Origin: an uncultured Bacteroidota bacterium
GTDB lineage: Bacteria > CLD3 > SB21
DNA length: 64,000 nt
NCBI GenBank assembly: GCA_964602985.1
Contig: CAZRTJ010000005.1
Coordinates: 73,198 to 137,197, forward strand
Direction of reading: 5' to 3'
A program made the position numbers and the translations under genes. Positions 10,401 through 18,971 of this stretch are shown here, one piece after another (the stretch's first letter is position 1; the number at the start of each line of letters is the position of its first letter). Below the pieces are notes generated by a model. It saw only the letters and a program-made list of their open reading frames with translations, did not search any database and was not told the origin of the DNA.

Positions 10401-13400
10401 ATTTGAGAATTCTATTTCAATCCCCGGCGAATCGTTTTCGTTATTGCCGGACACGACATTTCTGCCTTGTCCGGTGGCGTCTCCGATGTCCGTCTGATTG
10501 GACAAATTGACATGGATACCGCCCCCACCGTTGGACAGAGCCGCCAATCCGTTGGCGGTGGTACCGATGAAATTGCCCAAGATGTCGTTGTAGTCGGCTG
10601 CGTAAATCTCCACGCCTTCCTCAAAGTTGCCGGAGATCAGATTGCCGGTGATTTTATTATTCTCCGCCCCGTTCTTGATTTCAACGCCCTTCTTATTCTC
10701 GGTGGGGAACTGACCTGTGATGTCCGGGCCGATGTAGTTGCCGGAAATATCGTTGTAGTCCGTGCCGATACCCTCCACCAGAACTCCGAACCTCTCATGG
10801 CCTGCAAATACATTTCGCCCGAATGACGTGTTGTCGCCGATCATGTTGTATTGGGCGCCGTCTGCGATTTTGATTCCACCTGTCGCGGACCGGAGTTCGA
10901 CGCCATCCGTTCCAAAGTAACAGGATGTAATTCGGTTATTTTGAGCGTTACTGCCGCTGATCACGACGGATGTGTCGAAGCCCAGAAACCGGAAGCCTGA
11001 TAGATGATTGTCAGACATGGTGATTCGGAAAGCGTTGGTCAGTATGGATCCCAGCAAAGTCACATCCGGAACACCGTCGTTGTTGAGGTCGCCATTGATG
11101 CGGGTGTTGTCGCCATTGACGGCGATCGGCCCGTAGGCGTCGTTCACCTCCAATTTTTCTCCGGCTAACGAGGCGTGGATTTTGATGGAATCGGGGCCCG
11201 CGTGGAAGACCGCCGCATACCAGGTCGCAAATCGAAGCGTTCCAGGTTCAGTTGCGCTGTCGTGCGTTTTTGTCACGACCAGGGAGTCAGAAATCACAAT
11301 ATTCATCGCATTGGAGAATGGACCGGTGCGTCCGTTCAAGTCCTGTAAGGCCGTCACAAACAGCCCTTGGGGCACGGTCACGCTCAATGACCAGCTCCCT
11401 CCACCATCTGACGTGGTTTCGCCGAGATAGAACTTGCCTTCATCGCCAATATCCGCATACACATGGATCTTCGCATTTGCATTGGCTGTCCCCAGCACTG
11501 TATTGGGCAGAAGGCTGGTTACTGCCGGGGCAATCGGATCCCCCTGCTGTCCCGCGTAGACCTTGATGCCGGATGCAGGATGATCGAAGATGGCATTGCG
11601 GTACATGATCACGCTGTCCACGTGGCCCGAGCCGCTGGACTGAATCACAATACCCGTATCATTGTCCGCGATCCGGTTGAACGCGATGGAATCGCCGATA
11701 ATGTTGTCATTGAAGGCGCTCAGATGAATTCCATGTCCGGTATTGCCGACACCGACCGCGAATCCGTCTTTGTTCGTGCCGATGTAATTGCCCAGAATTT
11801 TGTTGCCGATAACACGAAAGCTCTGAGTCGAAATACGAATCCCCGCGCCATTATTGCCGCTGATCAGATTCCGGCCGTCAGGGAATCCGGTACCGATCCA
11901 GTTACTGTCCGAGTCCTCGATCTCGACGCCCTCGTCATTCCCTATGCTGGAAGTGCCGCCGATATTTAGACCAATCGTGTTTTGATACAGACGGTGGTGG
12001 GCGCCTCCGAGGATAGCCACACCGGTCGCATTGCCGCTGATGACGTTGCCGCTCCCCGGAGTCGTTCCGCCGACAAAGATATCAAACGAATACTCCAGCC
12101 GAATTCCCGCGCCGTCATTTCCCGCATCGTTATTTCCGGACTGGTCCGTTCCGATCCGGTTCGACTCGATCCAGCTGTCATACGAATCCTGGAAGTAGAC
12201 GCCCTCCGAACTGTTGAAGGAAATCGTGTTCCCTTCGGCCACGGTCGGTCCGCCGATTCGATTGAATTTAGAATTATTGACAAAAACACCGTGACGCGAA
12301 TTTCCAATGGTTCCGCCTGCCGGGTCGACGCCGATGAGGTTCCCGACAATCACGTTCGAGTCGGAGCCGTCTATCGTTATCCCATCTACATAATTCCGGC
12401 CGATGTAATTTCTTTCCTGGACATCGGATGAACCGATCTGATTGGCGTTGGAACTGTCGAGCAGAATTCCGCTCCCTGCGTTCGAATGCGCTAGCATGTA
12501 AATATCGACGCCGATGTAGTTGCCGCGAATGCCGGTGCCGCGTGCGCCGTTCTCAAGAAGAATTCCTTCGGCTCCGTTTGCGCCGATCACATTGCCGAGA
12601 TTGGAAGGACCTCCGATGAGCGTTCCGATAGCCTGATCGACACGAATCCCAACACTAAAATTACCCATGTCGCTATTCCCGCCCGGATCCAGGCCGATCT
12701 TATTGCCTCTCACGCTGTTGGAATCCGTCCCCACGCCGGAGATGACTATACCTTCTTGAAGATTGTTGGAAATCGTATTGCTCTGAGTGGAATAGTCGTC
12801 GCCAATCACATTGTGATGAGCGCCTCCATCCACAAGAATTCCGATATAGTTCGGCTGAGGCGTGCCGGTAAAGTCCAGGCCAAACCAGCAACGTCGGATG
12901 ATGTTGTTATGAGCGCCCGTACCTGAGATCCTCAGACCTGCATTGCCGGCTGCGGAATTCCCGCCGATTCGAAGTTCTTCGAGGACATTGGAGTGAGACA
13001 AAATCGTCAGCCCGTGTTCTCCGGCCGACAGAGAGGACGCATTGATGCTTGTCGAGCTATTAGAGATAATCGTGGTGAAGGGGTCCGTCAGCGCCGGTAG
13101 CTCGCTGACCAGATCGATTTCACCGACGTTATCGAACTCAATACGATCCGCGCCGGGCCGAGTGTTGGCGGTGTCCAGAGCCGCGCGGAAACTCCCGGCT
13201 CCGGCGTCATTAAGATTCATCACCCGGATCGGTTCATTCAGGTTGCCTGATGAGACGGATGCAACCGTGATGTATGCGCCATTCGGCACAGAGACATCAT
13301 TCTTGTCAACCTTGGTCGGGTCCCAGTAGTTGTCATTGGTCAGGACGCTCGCATTGCTGAAGTCGCCGTCCGTGTCGATCAGAATCCGCATCGAGGAAGG

Positions 13401-14426
13401 ATCCGAGACCACCAGTGGGGTGACGTCAAACGACAGATTCACCTGATGAGGCGGTCCCTCCGTCTCCACTCGCCACACCCGCGAGAGTCGACGGGCGACC
13501 CCAAACGGCAATCCCGTAGTCACCGGGGCATACGGTCCATCGTCATGCCCGAAGAGAACATGTTCGCCGGGATTTAAGGACTGCGCATTCCACTCGGTGA
13601 GGGCCAGGAGATCGGACTTCGCCGATTCCGTCTCGCCGTACGGCCATGCGTCCTCTCTGACCCCTGCCCATATGGCGCGAAGATCAGACAGAGTGAGTGA
13701 TGGCATCGGAATCGTGGATGACGGACGAAGAAAATTGCCTTTCAGCACGCCCGTCCTGGCCGCAGGGGAGCCGTCCGTCAAAGTACCGCCACCGACTTCA
13801 TCCATCTTGTAATACAGAAGTAGATTCGCATAATTCGGATGTCCTGCATTCAGCGGACGATGCACCCATTCACGGATGTCGTCCGGACCAACCACGCTAC
13901 CGAAGACTCTCAACTCATCGATCGTACCGATGAGTGAATCGGAGGGGGCCGCCAAGCGCCGTCCCACAAGTGCGGAATCCGTGCTGAGGGGGAATGTCAC
14001 GATCGCGATGTTGCCTCCGTCGTCAAGACCGTTCACGTAGATTTCCGACTGCCCGGATGACGCATCATACGTAGCGGCAACATGGTACCATGTGTTGCTG
14101 GCCATGACTATGTTCGTCCCTGCAGCAGTATGGGTTCCTGATCCACCGTCCACCTGCAGGTAAACATAGCCGCCTTGCGCCAGCGTCTGAATTCCAAAGG
14201 AGATTCCATTCAGGTCCCCGCTCCGAGGCTGACTAAAGATGATATGGTTGTTTGGCGTCGTCGCATCCGGAAGCAGGACCCAGGATTCGATGGTGAAGTT
14301 GGAACCGTTCAGCGGCAACGCAGAGACCCTTGCGTGTCCTCCATCCAAGTCGAGAGCCCGGACGGCGGTTTGGGACCACAGATTGGAAACGGACAGGAAA
14401 CTCGAAAGCAGTAACAGTATCCTCAT
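7467..14426 (-). CDS. Giant (2319 aa) secreted protein with N-terminal LamG/concanavalin-like domain, a long right-handed parallel beta-helix (PbH1/NosD-like) repeat array, Ig-like region and C-terminal T9SS sorting domain
   Basis: Signal peptide; LamG_3-like block (FTIESWVLLPD...ASNTWYHVAATYD); dozens of G-N-x-I-G beta-helix rungs. The last ~80 aa (LSQNYPNPFNPTTTIQF...GVYLYRLES...KMLLLK) match the Por/T9SS C-terminal domain. Confidence 0.9.
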   Translation of the reverse strand: MRILLLLSSFLSVSNLWSQTAVRALDLDGGHARVSALPLNGSNFTIESWVLLPDATTPNNHIIFSQPRSGDLNGISFGIQTLAQGGYVYLQVDGGSGTHTAAGTNIVMASNTWYHVAATYDASSGQSEIYVNGLDDGGNIAIVTFPLSTDSALVGRRLAAPSDSLIGTIDELRVFGSVVGPDDIREWVHRPLNAGHPNYANLLLYYKMDEVGGGTLTDGSPAARTGVLKGNFLRPSSTIPMPSLTLSDLRAIWAGVREDAWPYGETESAKSDLLALTEWNAQSLNPGEHVLFGHDDGPYAPVTTGLPFGVARRLSRVWRVETEGPPHQVNLSFDVTPLVVSDPSSMRILIDTDGDFSNASVLTNDNYWDPTKVDKNDVSVPNGAYITVASVSSGNLNEPIRVMNLNDAGAGSFRAALDTANTRPGADRIEFDNVGEIDLVSELPALTDPFTTIISNSSTSINASSLSAGEHGLTILSHSNVLEELRIGGNSAAGNAGLRISGTGAHNNIIRRCWFGLDFTGTPQPNYIGILVDGGAHHNVIGDDYSTQSNTISNNLQEGIVISGVGTDSNSVRGNKIGLDPGGNSDMGNFSVGIRVDQAIGTLIGGPSNLGNVIGANGAEGILLENGARGTGIRGNYIGVDIYMLAHSNAGSGILLDSSNANQIGSSDVQERNYIGRNYVDGITIDGSDSNVIVGNLIGVDPAGGTIGNSRHGVFVNNSKFNRIGGPTVAEGNTISFNSSEGVYFQDSYDSWIESNRIGTDQSGNNDAGNDGAGIRLEYSFDIFVGGTTPGSGNVISGNATGVAILGGAHHRLYQNTIGLNIGGTSSIGNDEGVEIEDSDSNWIGTGFPDGRNLISGNNGAGIRISTQSFRVIGNKILGNYIGTNKDGFAVGVGNTGHGIHLSAFNDNIIGDSIAFNRIADNDTGIVIQSSGSGHVDSVIMYRNAIFDHPASGIKVYAGQQGDPIAPAVTSLLPNTVLGTANANAKIHVYADIGDEGKFYLGETTSDGGGSWSLSVTVPQGLFVTALQDLNGRTGPFSNAMNIVISDSLVVTKTHDSATEPGTLRFATWYAAVFHAGPDSIKIHASLAGEKLEVNDAYGPIAVNGDNTRINGDLNNDGVPDVTLLGSILTNAFRITMSDNHLSGFRFLGFDTSVVISGSNAQNNRITSCYFGTDGVELRSATGGIKIADGAQYNMIGDNTSFGRNVFAGHERFGVLVEGIGTDYNDISGNYIGPDITGQFPTENKKGVEIKNGAENNKITGNLISGNFEEGVEIYAADYNDILGNFIGTTANGLAALSNGGGGIHVNLSNQTDIGDATGQGRNVVSGNNENDSPGIEIEFSNDCKVFNNLVGLGADGVTPLGNAGAGIIMHGGSRNWIGSNAANTGNVISANALDGIWIRGGDSPGDSSNFNKVKANIVGLDQSGSTSLGNGGHGVRISGYYVTEEFGIWGPARYNEIGDASGTGRNLISSNGLSGVVIEGFDAPHSIIAGNYVGVDITGNQNRKNGMDGVTIFGGADSSLVYENVISGHFYVDAGGDTAGAGILIQSAEYVRMFRNNIGTNAAGTAPIGNGSGILILGDYFGSTSQDHWIGDGTAGMRNVISGNIRSGISMDSTYRTRIAGNYIGTDVTGVLPIPNLGMGVDLHSGSTADTVQGNIIAFNGQAGIGVAGALTDSNVFWQNLILENQWGGILFKPGDGVQKGVAPPRITSVTATTVTGKSAPNAFVQVYADRLHGNQGRTILATTTANGSGDWTATVSFGSGDIITAMQDSAGHSSELAMFIPLLGVLSTPNGTDFDFGNVVLGDSAFQTLMIIPQNGIVIFPSAGAPPQVPFSAVSSNFSTPDTVAPGDTMRAVVRFAPTALGSYADTIEFSNSSATNPLVIILHGNGIVAAGLLGSGVTAIDYIPTRVGDSISAVVKLTATIGNVIVSQIQNATTDYRSDAVVLPDTIGTSNDSLQLTVWFRPQQTGSRIDTLKVTSNSTGGTPLRVVLRGTGLENVPPVLTLGVLRSTIAKSSVQLVVVSNEGLAGITGTATLGGTTNLTMTGSNSRVFSTSYAIRSTGSLVLDVSAQDSVGNPATASKTYSVLSLTSKALTGEFDGVRVGIPKGGVSSDGFLLGSYRADELTLGMQKAATANWLSLGDLDLLLTTDMNRGDRLTVTVPYDAKALAANRATDASYDERKVGVYERVGDTWEYLGGEGQSGAVQFKTGRGGTFAVFYNPDHAFLPKKLELSQNYPNPFNPTTTIQFGLPDESRVRLVVYNILGQKVAELFNGSRRAGYHTVVWNGRNDLGRQVASGVYLYRLESSQGVVSRKMLLLK
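9750..13230 (-). repeat. Highly repetitive coding DNA for the parallel beta-helix rungs of the giant protein
   Basis: The recurring peptide motifs (GNxIGxD, NxIxGN) produce many imperfect ~66-75-nt DNA repeats. Boundaries are approximate. Confidence 0.55.
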
Positions 14427-14640
14427 GACTTCTCCTCGCGATTAGTCAATTACGATTGAAATTTCTTTTTGCGGTGCAGACTCTTAACATCCACTAGTCG
14501 GATGACCCATTCGATCATTTTTTCGGTGAAAATGCATGAAAACCATAGCCAGAATATGCTAAAGCACGCGGGCTAGCGGTGACCGGAATCACTTTCTGTC
14601 ACGGTATTGTACAGAAATGTATACGGCTCGACCCCGAGCA

Positions 14641-15072
14641 TCATCGACTTTGCTCAACTGAGTCTAACCTCTGACGAATGTCATCTGGAAGTGGGGTTTT
14701 TAAGTTGGTCCTGTAGTCATAGATCACGATCACTCCCTCACCTTCCGCGACGATCCCACCCAGATTCTCACTGGCGATTGCATAATTCATGATAAATCGG
14801 TCGTTTAGGATATTGCTCGTTCTCGCACCGACCTTCACACGGTCAGGATATCGAAGAGGCTTGCGGAATTTACAGCTGGTGAAACCCAGAATCGGTCCGA
14901 TCCCCGTTTCCTGCATGTATTCCCAAAATCCCATTTTCTGGAAGTACAACATCCGGGCGCTTTCGAAATAACGAAAGTAGACGATGTTGTTCACGTGACC
15001 AAGGGCGTCCATTTCGCCCCACGCGACGGGCGTCTCCAGTACGACTGGAAATTCCGACAGCATATTTCCCAT
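14641..15072 (-). CDS. Acyl-CoA thioesterase, hotdog fold (4HBT/YbgC-like)
   Basis: GHVNNIVYFRYFESARMLYF motif. The start ATG overlaps the upstream gene's TGA (ATGA coupling). The ORF-track N-terminal extension is basic junk. Confidence 0.7.
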   Translation of the reverse strand: MGNMLSEFPVVLETPVAWGEMDALGHVNNIVYFRYFESARMLYFQKMGFWEYMQETGIGPILGFTSCKFRKPLRYPDRVKVGARTSNILNDRFIMNYAIASENLGGIVAEGEGVIVIYDYRTNLKTPLPDDIRQRLDSVEQSR

Positions 15073-16844
15073 CAGGCTCCGCCGAGTTTCGATTTCTTGC
15101 GGCCTTTGTTTTGTTCCACAAGCCAATCCATCAGCGGCTGATAGTACTCCAGCATCGCCTTCGCGGACATGTCTTCTCCGGTTTTTTCTTTCAGGACGAT
15201 CCTCCAATCGCGGCTGGCTCCCGGGGTCATGATGCCCTTGAGGAAGTCCCCGACTTCCTTATTGCCGTAGTAATTACAATTTCGCGGATCTTGTTTCAGT
15301 ATCTTCGTTGCGATGTGCCGATGCAACTGAAATTTCAATATGCAAGACATCGCATAATCGTAATACTGCGCGGGGTCGTCGATGATATGCGTCTTCGTGG
15401 CCGCATCGGCAAACTCCTCGCCTCGATCGGCAGGCGGAACGACGCCCTGGTACATTCGGACGTGTTCCCACCAGCGGCGGTTCAGTTCGTCGACGGGGAG
15501 ATTCTTTTCGTACAGATCATACTCGTACTGCGTCATCGTTCCCGCGGACCAGGGAATGAAGACCACAGAGGAATTGGACAAGGCATCATTCAATAAAACC
15601 TGGATGTCATCGGTTTTGTCCTGATCCGAGGCGAGGCCCATCTGAATGAGATAGGGTCGTTGCGCGGCAGCCATAGCCATCAGGTCGCCGATTCCCTCAT
15701 GGTATCCCCGGTTGGCGCCCGCCCGTAGCATCAGGGGAACTTCGGGATTGGTGTAACAGATATAGTAGTAGATGTGACCCAATTCATGATGGGTGGTTTT
15801 GAACCACTGCATGTTGGGTTCCACGCTCATTAGGGAGCGATAGTCCTGGTCGAGGTCCAGGTGCCAGGCGGACGCGTGGGTGTTTTTCTTTCGCCCTGTG
15901 GCAGGATCTGCGGGGTACAGATCGGATTCTTTCCAGAAACGGTCATTCAGCTCTTCAAAGCCCAAACTCACGTAAAAATTCTCCGCCTGTTCGACCACCC
16001 ACTCCCGCGTCCGATTGGGAAATTCGCCTTCTGATGCAACGTTGACGACGCCGGGCCAGTTCTGCGCCCACTTGTTCGTCAGCCAATGAGCGGGGATCTC
16101 GTCCGGAACCGGCTGCTTGTACTTTTTCGCCAACTCGTATCGGATGTACGTGTGCAGTTCCTCATACAGCGGCCGCAATTCATCGACGAATCGCGCCATA
16201 ATGTCGCGCATGTCATCCGACGTCATGCCGTAATCGGCAGTCTCCAGTCCAAAGAACGACGAATAACCCATCTCGCGGGCGATCTCGTTACGCAGGTCGC
16301 GCAGTTTGATCAAATCTCCGCGAAGTCCCGTCCCGACTGCTTTGGCGGACTCCCACACCTGCAGGCGTTCCCGCAGGTCGCCAGACTTCATCAGGACGCG
16401 GTCGATGTCGTTCGGCGTCAGCGTTTTGTCGCCGACTTTAAATTCGTGGCTGTACATCGTGTTCACGGCGGCGGCCTGCACGCGAAACAACTCCTCGACG
16501 GCGTCGGAGATGTGTCCGGGCTGGTGCGAGGCATCCAGCCAGATCTTGTCCAACTGGCGCGCCTGCAGATCGTCGAGCCGGTCTCGCTTTTTCAGAAACT
16601 CCCGCACGCGTTCGATGTTTTCCTTACTGCCGACAAACCGGGCGTAGTCCTTCTGACGCTCCACCGCGAGGCTGTCGTGTTCCTTCCGAATATCCGTGGA
16701 CGCGAGCCACTGGGCTTTGGCCGCTTCGTAATAGACATCCTTTAATTTCTGACCGTAGGAATCCAGGAATTCCTGGGCGTCTTTCTTGGGATTCGAGCAT
16801 CCGAGGATGACAAGGACGCCGAAAATTGCACTTCGTCGTTTCAT
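15072..16844 (-). CDS. Peptidyl-dipeptidase of the M2 (angiotensin-converting-enzyme-like) family, lipoprotein
   Basis: HHELGHIYYY (ACE HHEMGH zinc motif) and downstream HEGIGDLMAMA (ACE HEAIGD glutamate ligand). Lipoprotein signal MKRRSAIFGVLVILGCS; GGAGAC RBS. Confidence 0.85.
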   Translation of the reverse strand: MKRRSAIFGVLVILGCSNPKKDAQEFLDSYGQKLKDVYYEAAKAQWLASTDIRKEHDSLAVERQKDYARFVGSKENIERVREFLKKRDRLDDLQARQLDKIWLDASHQPGHISDAVEELFRVQAAAVNTMYSHEFKVGDKTLTPNDIDRVLMKSGDLRERLQVWESAKAVGTGLRGDLIKLRDLRNEIAREMGYSSFFGLETADYGMTSDDMRDIMARFVDELRPLYEELHTYIRYELAKKYKQPVPDEIPAHWLTNKWAQNWPGVVNVASEGEFPNRTREWVVEQAENFYVSLGFEELNDRFWKESDLYPADPATGRKKNTHASAWHLDLDQDYRSLMSVEPNMQWFKTTHHELGHIYYYICYTNPEVPLMLRAGANRGYHEGIGDLMAMAAAQRPYLIQMGLASDQDKTDDIQVLLNDALSNSSVVFIPWSAGTMTQYEYDLYEKNLPVDELNRRWWEHVRMYQGVVPPADRGEEFADAATKTHIIDDPAQYYDYAMSCILKFQLHRHIATKILKQDPRNCNYYGNKEVGDFLKGIMTPGASRDWRIVLKEKTGEDMSAKAMLEYYQPLMDWLVEQNKGRKKSKLGGA

Positions 16845-16977
16845 GAGGTCTCCGGGGTTGGAAAATTCGGTGCTAATGTACATCCTGCGTACGGAAATAC
16901 AACAAAAAATCCCTTTGCCCCGTGGAAGGGAATTTGTTACCGTCCCTTAGCGCGGAAATCATGGAACGAAAAACCTT

Positions 16978-17469
16978 ATGAAAAAGAAAATCCTCCTCAT
17001 TCTGGTCGTGATTCTCGCTGGAATCCAGCTCATCCAACCCGAGCGATCCAATCCGCCCATCGATCCTCAACGAACAATTCAATCGAGGATGACCGTCCCG
17101 GCGGACATCGACGATGTATTGAAACGCGCCTGCAATGATTGCCACTCACACGAAACGGTCTGGCCCTGGTACAGCTACGTGGCGCCCGTGTCGTGGCTCG
17201 TCGCCCATGACGTGAACGAAGGTCGTCGGGAGCTGAATTTTTCAGATTGGGCGAAATACAAACCGGATCGTCTCGTTGATAAGCTGGAAGAAGTATCGGA
17301 ATTGGTTTCCGAAAGAGACATGCCGATGAAGATCTATCTCCCCCTTCATCCGGAGGCAAGACTGACCGACGATGAAATCCGGCGATTGTCAGAATGGGCG
17401 AAAGACGCGGCCGCCCAGATTCCCAGACCAGGCTCCCAGGATCATCAGAAAAGCCAGAAAAAAGATTGA
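16978..17469 (+). CDS. Small haem-binding-domain protein (single CXXCH; PF14376-like)
   Basis: N-terminal TM/signal, then CNDCHSHETVWPWYSYVAPVSWLVAHDVNEGR, typical of the 'haem-binding domain' family. Confidence 0.7.
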   Translation: MKKKILLILVVILAGIQLIQPERSNPPIDPQRTIQSRMTVPADIDDVLKRACNDCHSHETVWPWYSYVAPVSWLVAHDVNEGRRELNFSDWAKYKPDRLVDKLEEVSELVSERDMPMKIYLPLHPEARLTDDEIRRLSEWAKDAAAQIPRPGSQDHQKSQKKD

Positions 17470-17573
17470 TTTTGCGATGTCCGGACGATACATTGCACGC
17501 CCATGAATGTCTGTAAGACTTATGTTTTTAATGTACTTAAGTTCATACAATAAGTTAATGTGAAGGACAAACA

Positions 17574-18893
17574 ATGACGGTCGCAGAAAAGACGACGTAT
17601 CTCCCCTACAAGGTCAAAGACTTGTCCCTTGCCGAATGGGGTCGCAAGGAGATCAAGTTGGCGGAGGCCGAAATGCCCGGCTTGATGGCATTGCGCGCAG
17701 AGTATGGCAAGCAGAAGCCGCTCAAGGGCGCGCGGATCGCAGGATGTCTGCACATGACGATCCAAACTGCAGTATTGATTGAAACATTGGTTGAACTGGG
17801 CGCCGAGGTGACGTGGTCGTCATGCAACATCTTCTCGACGCAGGACCATGCGGCCGCGGCTATTGCTGCGGCGGGTATCCCCGTCTATGCCTGGAAGGGA
17901 CAGAATGAAGAGGAATTTAACTGGTGCATTGAGCAGACTCTTTTCTTCGGAAAGGATCGCAGACCGCTGAATATGATCCTCGACGATGGCGGCGACCTGA
18001 CCAACATGGTCCTAGACAAATATCCTGAACTCGTCAAGGACATCCGGGGCATCAGCGAAGAAACGACGACGGGCGTGCATCGTCTGTATGATCGGATGCG
18101 CAACGGCACTCTTCCCGTACCGGCGATCAATGTGAACGACTCCGTGACCAAATCGAAATTTGACAACAAGTACGGATGCCGGGAGTCGCTCGTCGACGCC
18201 ATCCGGCGCGCGACGGACCTGATGCTGGCCGGCAAGGTGGCGGTCGTCGCGGGATACGGAGACGTTGGCAAGGGATCGGCCGACTCGCTGAAGCACGCGG
18301 GCGTGCGGGTGATCGTCACCGAGATCGACCCCATTTGTGCCCTGCAGGCGGCGATGGAGGGGTACGAAGTGAAGAAAATGGAGGATGCGGTCAAGGAAGC
18401 CGACATTGTCGTCACCGCGACCGGCAATTGCGATATCGTCACCGAAAAGCATTTCCGCGCGATGAAGCACAACGCCGTCGTATGCAACATCGGTCACTTT
18501 GATATCGAGATTGACATGGCCTGGCTGAATGGGAAGTACGGGCACACCAAAGACGTCATCAAGCCGCAGGTGGACAAGTACACCATCGATGGCAAAGACA
18601 TCATTGTCCTGGCGGAAGGCCGTCTGGTCAATCTCGGCTGTGCGATGGGTCATCCTTCGTTTGTCATGTCCAATAGCTTCACCAACCAGGTTTTGGCGCA
18701 GATCGAGCTCTGGACACGTTCGGAAAATTACGAAGCCAAGGTGTACACACTCCCCAAACATTTGGACGAGATGGTCGCGAGACTGCATCTGGCGAAACTC
18801 GGCGTGGAACTGGAAGCGCTTTCCAAAAAGCAGGCCGACTATATCGGGGTCGACGTCAAAGGACCGTACAAACCGGAGTGGTATCGTTACTGA
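17574..18893 (+). CDS. ahcY: Adenosylhomocysteinase (S-adenosyl-L-homocysteine hydrolase)
   Basis: Full-length match to AhcY hallmarks (NAD-binding GYGDVGKG; C-terminal [11 protein letters not shown]). Confidence 0.95.
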   Translation: MTVAEKTTYLPYKVKDLSLAEWGRKEIKLAEAEMPGLMALRAEYGKQKPLKGARIAGCLHMTIQTAVLIETLVELGAEVTWSSCNIFSTQDHAAAAIAAAGIPVYAWKGQNEEEFNWCIEQTLFFGKDRRPLNMILDDGGDLTNMVLDKYPELVKDIRGISEETTTGVHRLYDRMRNGTLPVPAINVNDSVTKSKFDNKYGCRESLVDAIRRATDLMLAGKVAVVAGYGDVGKGSADSLKHAGVRVIVTEIDPICALQAAMEGYEVKKMEDAVKEADIVVTATGNCDIVTEKHFRAMKHNAVVCNIGHFDIEIDMAWLNGKYGHTKDVIKPQVDKYTIDGKDIIVLAEGRLVNLGCAMGHPSFVMSNSFTNQVLAQIELWTRSENYEAKVYTLPKHLDEMVARLHLAKLGVELEALSKKQADYIGVDVKGPYKPEWYRY

Positions 18894-18918
18894 AGACGTC
18901 ATGAGCATCCAACAGTTT

Positions 18919-18960
18919 CGGGCTGGTTTCCGCTTCCGTGGACAATCAGCCCTTTTTTTT
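18919..18960 (+). terminator. Intrinsic terminator/attenuator after ahcY, abutting the metH RBS
   Basis: CGGGCTG...CAGCCC hairpin followed by T9. The metH ATG is only 12 nt downstream. Confidence 0.6.
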
Positions 18961-18971
18961 GCAGAGGCGGC

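Noticed and set aside
17470-17573. Possible SAH/SAM riboswitch upstream of ahcY
   Set aside because: The leader is only ~100 nt and AT-rich, with no conserved GC-rich aptamer stems. It looks like a plain promoter.
18176-18502. 108-aa Arg/Gly-rich [17 protein letters not shown]...
   Set aside because: It is an alternative frame inside ahcY; the composition is an artefact of GC-rich codons.
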